A stretch of 64,000 nucleotides of DNA, from contig CAWIKF010000003.1 in assembly GCA_963836755.1 (NCBI GenBank), positions 35,064 to 99,063 of the forward strand. Direction: 5' to 3'. Under the pieces are notes generated by a model. That model saw nothing but the letters and a program-made list of their open reading frames with translations. It had not been told where the DNA came from and did not search any database. The stretch comes from an uncultured Verrucomicrobiae bacterium (GTDB lineage Bacteria > Verrucomicrobiota > Verrucomicrobiia > Chthoniobacterales > Chthoniobacteraceae). Shown piece after piece: positions 57,189-64,000 of the stretch (its first letter is position 1; every line of letters begins with the position of its first letter). The position numbers and the translations under genes were made by a program.

Positions 57189-58007
57189 TTAGTCTTCCAG
57201 TGCGTGAATCCACCGGGTCACGTTTGCGGTTTTTTCGACCTCCCCTGCATTTTGAAAGGCGTAGAGCAGATTCGCGAGGATACGCCGCAGCATCACGCGC
57301 GAGCTCGCGGCTGCGAGATGGTCCGGTTGCAGCTCCAACTTTTGACGCGCGAGGATTTGTCTGCACTCCGGAATGCCGATGATGCGCCCGCGCTCGAAGG
57401 GGTCAAAAAGCACGCCACCGTGCCGCGCGAGAAAGTGTCCGGGAAAATTCAGGCCTTCGATGCGCACGCCGCAGCGTCGGCCGACGAGCATGTAAATCAC
57501 GACCAGCGTGATCGGGATCCCAAGCTTCGTCTCGAGCACGCACGGCAGCAGCGAGTTCGCTGCATTGTAGTAATCATCGGTGTTCCCGCGAAATCCGAGC
57601 CGCTCTCCGAGAAAAACCGACAGAAGCCGCACACGCTCCTCTGCCGAAAGCGGCTGCCCAATTAAAGTCAGCCGCGAAGCCCATTGATCCAGCTCGCTCA
57701 CCGCCGCCGGCACATCGACGCCCGGCAAAAATGCCCGCGCGAGCAGCCAGTTCGCTGCTTCAAGATCGCCATCATCGGTGAAATGCGAACAGAGCCGTGA
57801 CATCTCGTCCGACGCGGCGCGCGAGTCGATTTCCGCGATGACTTCGCGCACATGCCTCGTCACCGTTTCGTCATCCACGAGCAACAAGTCGCGCAGATCC
57901 CCAATGCCGCCCGATCCGTGCTGTGCCAGCTGTTGTTTAACAAGTCGCACCGTCTTCGGATCATCGTCCCGCAGCAGGCGCACGATGGCTTCTTTTTGCT
58001 CGAGCAT
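57189..58007 (-). CDS. SirB1/transglutaminase-like protein
   Basis: GFRGN..DYY...NSLL, GIPITL, NFPGHFL, DPF..G and R.L.NL motifs; start at ATG 58007. Confidence 0.85.
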   Translation of the reverse strand: MLEQKEAIVRLLRDDDPKTVRLVKQQLAQHGSGGIGDLRDLLLVDDETVTRHVREVIAEIDSRAASDEMSRLCSHFTDDGDLEAANWLLARAFLPGVDVPAAVSELDQWASRLTLIGQPLSAEERVRLLSVFLGERLGFRGNTDDYYNAANSLLPCVLETKLGIPITLVVIYMLVGRRCGVRIEGLNFPGHFLARHGGVLFDPFERGRIIGIPECRQILARQKLELQPDHLAAASSRVMLRRILANLLYAFQNAGEVEKTANVTRWIHALED

Positions 58008-58196
58008 CGGCCGAGCATAGCCCACTTTTTGCCGCGCTCCGCGAGATATTTTTCCCGAACACACTTGGTGGTTCTGCAAAAGCCTCGGGTTGATGTGAAG
58101 CTGACTGATTGCTCGCTGAAGCCGGCCAAGTATCTGGCGAAAACGATCGCGCCGGTTTTTACTTTCGCGAGAGGCGGCGGCGGGGCACATTGCGAC

Positions 58197-58442
58197 ATGA
58201 ATCAAAAAACGCGGCTCTGGTTGATGTATCCGTCGCGCCTCATCACACGGCCGGTGATTTACGAGCTCGGCCAGAAATTTGAGATCGTGACCAATGTCCG
58301 CCAGGCGAGCGTGACCGAGGATGTCGGGCTCGTGTCGCTCGAACTCGAGGGCGAGCGGCCAGTAATCCAGGAGGCGATCAGCTGGCTCGAGGGCCTCGGC
58401 GTCAAAGTCGAGCCAGTGGAGATCAACACGATCGAGGGCTGA
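58197..58442 (+). CDS. Stand-alone NIL domain protein
   Basis: RPVIYELGQKFEIVTNVRQASV...G...LELEG...WLEGLGVKVEP; 81 aa. Confidence 0.8.
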   Translation: MNQKTRLWLMYPSRLITRPVIYELGQKFEIVTNVRQASVTEDVGLVSLELEGERPVIQEAISWLEGLGVKVEPVEINTIEG

Positions 58443-58463
58443 GTGGGGCGCGGCGCGGCGCGG

Positions 58464-59423
58464 ATGGCGGGCCAGCTGGCGTTTTGCGAAAAGGCGGCTG
58501 CGGCGTTGGTGAAATGCGACGCGTCGGAGCAATGGCTCATCGGGGTTTCCGGCGGGCGCGATTCGGTGGCGCTGCTGCATTTTTTGGCGTCGAGCGGATT
58601 TCGTGATCTCATCGTCTGTCACCTCGACCACAGGCTGCGCGGTGCGGCAAGCGCGGCAGATGCGCGATTCGTGGCGCGGCTTGCGGAGCGGTTGGGATTG
58701 CGAGCGATTGTCGAAAAATGCGACGTGGCAGCGCTGGCCGCGGAAAGCCGGCAGTCGCTGGAAACTGCGGGACGCGCGGCACGGAATGCCTTTTTCTTCC
58801 GCACGGCGCGTGTGGAGAAATGCGCGGGAATCTTTCTCGCGCATCACGCGGACGATCAGGTGGAGACTTTTTTGTTTAATCTTTTCCGAGGCGCGGGTGC
58901 TGGCGGGCTTGGTGGTATGCGGGTCGAAAGCGCGCGCACCGAAGGAGCCAGCGAGCTGCGCGTGATACGACCGTTGCTCGCCGTCTGGCGCGCCGAGGTC
59001 GATGAATACATCGCGGCGCACCGCCTGAAATTCCGTGAGGACGCGACCAACTTTGACGGCGAAAACAGTCGCAGCCGGATGCGCCAGAAAATCATCCCGA
59101 TGATTGAGCAAGCGCTTGGACGCGGCGTGCGGAAGGCGGTTTGGCAGGCGGCGGAGATTTTGCGCGCGCAGCAGGAGTTTATACAAGCGGGCACAGCTGT
59201 AACCGAACGGGAACTTTCGGTGCCCGAGCTGCGCGCGCTGCCGGAAGCGCCGCAGTCCGCGCTCATTCATCGCTGGCTGAAGGAAAACGGCGTGCCGAAT
59301 TTGACCTTCGCCCTCGTGCAATCAGTGCGCGCGCTTCTGCCGACAGATGCGAAAATTGCGAAGGTGAATCTGCCCGGCGGACGGCACGTGAGGCGGCGCG
59401 CGAAGAGGTTGTTCGTGGAATGA
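58464..59423 (+). CDS. tilS: tRNA(Ile)-lysidine synthetase
   Basis: GVSGGRDS, HLDHRLRG, AHHADDQVET, RPLL and EDATN motifs; alternative start at 58443. Confidence 0.92.
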   Translation: MAGQLAFCEKAAAALVKCDASEQWLIGVSGGRDSVALLHFLASSGFRDLIVCHLDHRLRGAASAADARFVARLAERLGLRAIVEKCDVAALAAESRQSLETAGRAARNAFFFRTARVEKCAGIFLAHHADDQVETFLFNLFRGAGAGGLGGMRVESARTEGASELRVIRPLLAVWRAEVDEYIAAHRLKFREDATNFDGENSRSRMRQKIIPMIEQALGRGVRKAVWQAAEILRAQQEFIQAGTAVTERELSVPELRALPEAPQSALIHRWLKENGVPNLTFALVQSVRALLPTDAKIAKVNLPGGRHVRRRAKRLFVE

Positions 59424-59461
59424 ATTGAACGCCGCGCGCCTTTTTCCCACACTGCGCCCCG

Positions 59462-60979
59462 ATGTGGACTCTGCCGATCGAGACGACTGAGCGCGCGCTC
59501 CTGCTCTGCCTTTTCGCGCCGCTGCTTTATCTCGTCACCGTCGGCATCGGACGCGCGCTGAAGCGGCGCGCGGGCGTGCATCTCGGCGTGGTGTATCAAC
59601 TTTTTTGCATCGTCATTTCCCTCTACGTCCCGCTCCGTTTCCTCGCGCTTGACTACGGGCCGCGGCCGTTTGAGCTGCAGAGAAATCTCGGCGCGGCGAC
59701 TGCGCTGCTGGCGACGCTTTTCGCGCTGGCGCTGGTGCGGCGTTATTTGTGGGAGATTTATTTTGCGCAAAAACGAGGGATCGAAATTCCAAAGTTCCTG
59801 CGCGAAGTTTTTGCGCTGATCGTTTTCCTCGCGGCGCTCGCGATGGTGCTGAGCATGTTTTACAATCAGGGCGTCACGGGCGTGCTGCTGCCATCGACCG
59901 TCGTCGTCGGCATCGTCGGCTGGGCGATGCAGGACTTGCTCGGGAACATTATTTCCGGCGTGTCGCTGCAGCTCGGGAAGCCTTTCAAGCACGGCGATTG
60001 GCTGCTGGTGGACAACACCTACGGCGAGGTGATCGAGGTCAACTGGCGTTCAACACGTCTTTGCACAAACGATGACATTTATCTCGACGTGCCGAACAGC
60101 CAGATCGCCCGCAACACAATCATAAATCTTTCGTATCCGACAAAAATGCACGCGATGCGGCTGCGGCTCGGGATCGAATACGGAACGCCGCCGAATCGCG
60201 TGAAAGCCGTGCTGGCACAGGCCGCGCGGAGCGTGCCCGGAGTGCTGCACTCGCCGGGGCCGAAAGTTTTTTGCGTGGACTTCGGCGACTCGGCGGTGAT
60301 CTACGAAATCAAATATCACCTCGAGAATCACCGGCAGTTCAACGAGATCACCGACGGCATCCGCACGAATGTCTGGTATGCACTCAACCGCGCGAAAATG
60401 CGGATCCCCTTCCCGATCCGCACGCTGCAAATCGACCGCGATGCCCGTCACCACAAGGCTGGCGGACTTCCGGAAAATTTGCGCGCGCTGTTGCAGCGCC
60501 AGCCTTTTTTCAAATGCCTCGACGCCACGCAGACCGGCCAGCTGCTCGGCTCAGCGAATTTATGCCGCTTCGGGCGCGGCGAAAAAATCATCGAGCAGGG
60601 CGGCGAAGGCAATTCGATGTTCATCCTCGCGCAAGGTTCCGCGTCGGTCGAGGTGGAGCGCGGCGGCGCGGCGGCGCAAGTGGCAACGCTGAGCGCGGGC
60701 GACTACTTCGGCGAGATGTCGCTGCTGACTGGCGAGGCGCGCAGCGCGACCGTGATCGCCGTCAGCGACTGCGAAGTTTTCGAAATCGAGAAGGAACTTT
60801 TCGCGCAGGTGCTGCAGGAAACTCCGGCGCTGCTTCGCACGCTCAGCGAGATGCTCGCGCAGCGGCAGATGGAAAACGAAGGCGCGCTCGCCTCGACCGA
60901 GAAGAATACGATGCTCGCCAAAAAAGAGGAATACGCCGCAGGGTTCCTGACGAAACTTTATTCGTTTTTCGAATTGTAG
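59462..60979 (+). CDS. MscS-family channel with C-terminal cNMP-binding domain
   Basis: GWAMQDLLGN, PFKHGDW, NWRST, PN and IPFP motifs; cNMP cassette GDYFGEMSLLTGEARSAT. Confidence 0.92.
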   Translation: MWTLPIETTERALLLCLFAPLLYLVTVGIGRALKRRAGVHLGVVYQLFCIVISLYVPLRFLALDYGPRPFELQRNLGAATALLATLFALALVRRYLWEIYFAQKRGIEIPKFLREVFALIVFLAALAMVLSMFYNQGVTGVLLPSTVVVGIVGWAMQDLLGNIISGVSLQLGKPFKHGDWLLVDNTYGEVIEVNWRSTRLCTNDDIYLDVPNSQIARNTIINLSYPTKMHAMRLRLGIEYGTPPNRVKAVLAQAARSVPGVLHSPGPKVFCVDFGDSAVIYEIKYHLENHRQFNEITDGIRTNVWYALNRAKMRIPFPIRTLQIDRDARHHKAGGLPENLRALLQRQPFFKCLDATQTGQLLGSANLCRFGRGEKIIEQGGEGNSMFILAQGSASVEVERGGAAAQVATLSAGDYFGEMSLLTGEARSATVIAVSDCEVFEIEKELFAQVLQETPALLRTLSEMLAQRQMENEGALASTEKNTMLAKKEEYAAGFLTKLYSFFEL

Positions 60980-60986
60980 GACTTGG

Positions 60987-62183
60987 TCAGTCGCTCTCGC
61001 TCAAACGCTTTTGCTGCTCACCGTGCAGCATCTCGTGCGCTTCGCGCAAAATGCCGGGAATCCGCTCTGCAAAAGGATTGGCGGCAATCGTGGCGAGGAT
61101 TTTCTCGGCGTCAAAGTTCGCCGCGTTTTGGCCAGGAAACCAATGGCCGCCGTTGCCGAGCAAGTTGTAGCGCATCCTGCCGAACTCGACGAGATCGAGC
61201 GATTTCGCGAGCGACCAGAGCCGCAAAATTTCGAGCAGGTTGATGTTGCCCGGCGTCGCTGTGTATTCGGGAATTCCTGTCGGCCATTTTTCGCACCAAT
61301 CGCGGCCGAGCACGGCATTCATCTCGATGCGCAACCGCTGCTCGACCGGCGCAATCACCTCCGCAGCGCGGTCGTAAAGATCGAGCGCCAGCATGTGCTC
61401 GTTAAAGTCGCTCGGCCGCGCCGCGCCGACGCTCAGCGTATGGACCTCAGGCCGCGCCAGGCAGTAGAGATCGTTGAAAATCATTGGCGTGAGCGGCTCG
61501 CACAGGCGCAAAAGTTTCGCGGGCGGCTGGTAAAGTTTCCCGCCTTTGTCATTCGGGCTGATGATGAAGACGCCCATGTCGTGGCGCGTCGCCGCCTCGA
61601 TTGCGGGCCAGTTGAAATCGTTCACGAAATACCAGTGGAGGTTTACGTAATCGAACTCACCGGTTTCATTCAACCGCGCGATCAGGTCGCACGTCCCGTG
61701 CGTCGAAAAGCCGATAAACCTCGCGCGCCCCTCGCGCTGGATCTGCCGTGCGGCGTCGAGCGCGCCGCCTGATCGCATGGCGGCGTCAAAAACGGAGTCG
61801 TCATTGATGCCGTGCAGCGAGAGGAGATCGACGTGATCGATTTTCAAGTAATTCATCGACGTGCTAAACGCATCGATAAACTCACGTTGTGTGGCACGAG
61901 GTGAAACTTTTGTTTGCACGATCAACTTTTCGCGCGGGAGATTTGGCAGAATTTGACCGATCTGCATTTCGCTCGTCCCGTAGCCGCGCGCGGTTTCGAG
62001 ATGGTTGATGCCGAGCTCCAGCGCGCGCTCGATCGTCCGCTCGAGATTCGCTTGATTGTCCGGCGGCACGCTCGAGAGCGCCTCGTCCTCCCATTTGTGC
62101 TGGAACCGCATGCCGCCGCAGCTCAGCACGGACATCGATAAATTCGTGCGGCCGAAGCGTCGGTATTTCATCGTCTTTGCCAT
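60987..62183 (-). CDS. Aldo/keto reductase family protein
   Basis: YRRFGRT, GGMR, ETARGYGTSE, QTK and IGFSTH motifs; TAATG coupling to the upstream gene. Confidence 0.9.
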   Translation of the reverse strand: MAKTMKYRRFGRTNLSMSVLSCGGMRFQHKWEDEALSSVPPDNQANLERTIERALELGINHLETARGYGTSEMQIGQILPNLPREKLIVQTKVSPRATQREFIDAFSTSMNYLKIDHVDLLSLHGINDDSVFDAAMRSGGALDAARQIQREGRARFIGFSTHGTCDLIARLNETGEFDYVNLHWYFVNDFNWPAIEAATRHDMGVFIISPNDKGGKLYQPPAKLLRLCEPLTPMIFNDLYCLARPEVHTLSVGAARPSDFNEHMLALDLYDRAAEVIAPVEQRLRIEMNAVLGRDWCEKWPTGIPEYTATPGNINLLEILRLWSLAKSLDLVEFGRMRYNLLGNGGHWFPGQNAANFDAEKILATIAANPFAERIPGILREAHEMLHGEQQKRLSESD

Positions 62184-63244
62184 TAACACTGCCGTAGCAA
62201 ATGCGCCACTACTTCGATTTCCGCAGTTTGCGGAAACATGTCGAGCGGCGTCACGGATTGCAGCGTGAATGCGGGACACAAAATTGCGAGATCGCGCGCG
62301 AGCGTGGCGGGATTGCACGAAACGTAAACGATCTCGCGCGGCGGCGCGGCAAGAATGGAGTCGAGAACGCGTGGCGCGACGCCAGTCGCGGGCGGGTCGA
62401 GCATCAGCGTCGTTTTTTGAAGATCGTGTGTGGCTAAAACCCCGGGCAGATGCGCGGCAACATCGCCGGCAATGTAGCTTTCATGCGGCTTCGCGGAACG
62501 AAGCGCATGCGCGATCGCGAAAGAGTTTTCTTCGATTCCGAGCACTTTTTCGAACTGCGGCGCGAGCTGCTTTGCAAAAAACCCGGCACCACAATATGCA
62601 TCGATCAAAGTGCTCTGGTCTGGTCGCACAAGACCTTTCACCACTTCGATAAGCTGCTGCGCCACGCCGTCATTGACCTGTGCGAAAAATTCTCCGGAAC
62701 CTTGCGCAGCGAGTGTGTAATCGCCATCCGTCACCGGTCGCTGCCGCAAATCGCTGAGCCGATCGTTCACCGCGGGGGACGCGATTGGACAGCAATCGAC
62801 GTCGACAAGTGCGTGACTTTCGACGGCGTAAAAGCCGATTTTTCCATCGGAAACGTGGACGCGAATGCGGTTGCGGTAGTTGTAGTTTTGCGGCGATCCG
62901 AGAATCGGCTTCATCGGCACGTGTTCGAGACGGCCGACGCGGCGGAGCGTTTGTTCGACCTGCCGCGCTTTCATTTCAAGTTGCGCCGAGTAATTGAGGT
63001 GCTGATAAGCGCAGCCGCCGCAGCGCCCGAAGTATGGACAACGCGGCGCGACGCGCGTGGGAGAACTTTTTTGGATCGAGACGAGACGTGCCTCAGCAAA
63101 CTTTTTCTTTTGCGTAACAACCTGAACATCGACTTGCTCGCCTGGAATGGTGAACGGCACGAAGACCACTTTTCCGTCCGCGCGGCCGACGCCTTTGCCG
63201 CCAAAGGCAATGTCGTCGATGGTCAGGGAAAGGAATTCGTCCAT
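62183..63244 (-). CDS. TRAM-domain RNA (uracil-5)-methyltransferase, RlmD/TrmA family
   Basis: TRAM N-terminus; CPYFGRCGGC.YQH, YRNR, DAYCGAG, DPP, YVSCNP and DMFPQT motifs. Confidence 0.92.
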   Translation of the reverse strand: MDEFLSLTIDDIAFGGKGVGRADGKVVFVPFTIPGEQVDVQVVTQKKKFAEARLVSIQKSSPTRVAPRCPYFGRCGGCAYQHLNYSAQLEMKARQVEQTLRRVGRLEHVPMKPILGSPQNYNYRNRIRVHVSDGKIGFYAVESHALVDVDCCPIASPAVNDRLSDLRQRPVTDGDYTLAAQGSGEFFAQVNDGVAQQLIEVVKGLVRPDQSTLIDAYCGAGFFAKQLAPQFEKVLGIEENSFAIAHALRSAKPHESYIAGDVAAHLPGVLATHDLQKTTLMLDPPATGVAPRVLDSILAAPPREIVYVSCNPATLARDLAILCPAFTLQSVTPLDMFPQTAEIEVVAHLLRQC

Positions 63245-63282
63245 AAAAAAGAGGCTTTCGCCGCGGGGACGAAAGCCTCTTT
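63245..63282 (-). terminator. Rho-independent terminator
   Basis: Stem AAAGAGGCTTTCG / CGAAAGCCTCTTT running into a T6 tract on the minus strand, about 20 bp after the stop at 63302. Confidence 0.8.
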
Positions 63283-63301
63283 GAAAAAAGTTGACGGGCG
63301 C

Positions 63302-63727
63302 TTAGTAGGCGCTGGAAACGTTGGAGTTTTCCCGATTGTAATTGAAACGGGTGTCAAAGCCCAGCTCCGGCGGAAATTCCTCCCAGCCACCATGGATCCA
63401 CGGAATGTTCGAGCGATAGAATGGACGATACGAGCCTTTGTAGGTCGGGAATGGGAACGTGACTAATTCATACCAGCCGGCGCCGAAGCGGAAGAACCAG
63501 CGACCAAAGCCCTTGATCACGCCGTAGCTGCTGGCCGCCGAGTTGCCTTCGCCGTAGTTGACCATGGCGATTGTGCTTGGGAGTTCGGTGACGCCCTCAA
63601 AGATGTTTGCCAGCGCGCGGCCAAGTTTGCGCGTGGGACCAAAGTCATTCATCGGAGGATCCTGGATATCGGCGAAAGAGAGAGTGCCGAAACCGGCGGC
63701 GAGGAGGAAACAAAGCAGCGTTTTCAT
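63302..63727 (-). CDS. Exosortase system-associated protein (TIGR04073-like)
   Basis: Signal peptide; RKLGRALANI..G..E.P and G.YELVTFPFP motifs; start at ATG 63727. Confidence 0.7.
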   Translation of the reverse strand: MKTLLCFLLAAGFGTLSFADIQDPPMNDFGPTRKLGRALANIFEGVTELPSTIAMVNYGEGNSAASSYGVIKGFGRWFFRFGAGWYELVTFPFPTYKGSYRPFYRSNIPWIHGGWEEFPPELGFDTRFNYNRENSNVSSAY

Positions 63728-63768
63728 GCAAAGCCAGATTATGCAAATGCCGCTGTGAAACGCAAACT

Positions 63769-64000
63769 TCAAATTTCGGATTTCGCGCTCTGTTGCTTTA
63801 GAAGTGAGGCGGCAATCGAGACGGCGAGGCACATGGCTACGACGGAAAGCGAAATGCCGATCGGGATGTGGAAATAATATTCCGCGAGCATTTTTGTCCC
63901 AATAAAGGTGAGGACGGCGGCGAGGCCGTATTGCAGATAGACGAAGCGGTCGGCGAGACCAGCTAGCAGAAAATAGAGCGAACGCAGACCGAGGATCGCG
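63769..64000 (-). CDS. TerC/Alx family membrane protein, 3' end only
   Basis: Manual translation: [38 protein letters not shown]...SEI*. Confidence 0.88.
   Translation of the reverse strand, partial: AILGLRSLYFLLAGLADRFVYLQYGLAAVLTFIGTKMLAEYYFHIPIGISLSVVAMCLAVSIAASLLKQQSAKSEI

Overview
This is a gene-dense, GC-rich chromosomal window. It most likely comes from a soil Verrucomicrobiota (Chthoniobacterales-like) bacterium; that assignment is inferred from gene content only. I saw no rRNA, tRNA, CRISPR array or transposase. Main blocks: (1) 1-7895, minus strand: a tightly packed operon of lpxI, a GnnA-like oxidoreductase, lpxB, an ArnT-like glycosyltransferase and a HIT protein. It is followed by a cytoplasmic class A beta-lactamase-like protein, an atypical M15 peptidase, a PafA/Dop-like carboxylate-amine ligase and a partial GH27 alpha-galactosidase. 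(2) A DNA photolyase. (3) 9337-28084, minus strand: a 20-gene respiratory cluster with alternative complex III (actA-G), a CcoN-like protein that has lost all six metal/heme histidines, CcoO-like and monoheme cytochromes, an aa3-type oxidase whose subunit I lacks the K-channel lysine, and assembly genes. A perfect TTGTGAA-N4-TTCACAA operator lies upstream. (4) 28330-39457: accessory and stress genes, a degenerate palindromic 21-bp array and a His/Asp-rich lipoprotein. (5) 39454-64000: signalling and housekeeping genes, including an NDH-2 fused to cNMP and CBS domains, folE2, cinA, tilS, MscS-cNMP and an RlmD-like methyltransferase. The best candidates for undescribed biology are the heme-less CcoN module with the K-less oxidase, and the Pup-less PafA-like/M15/serine-hydrolase trio. 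All assignments come from motif recognition by eye, and reference residue numbers are recalled rather than computed.
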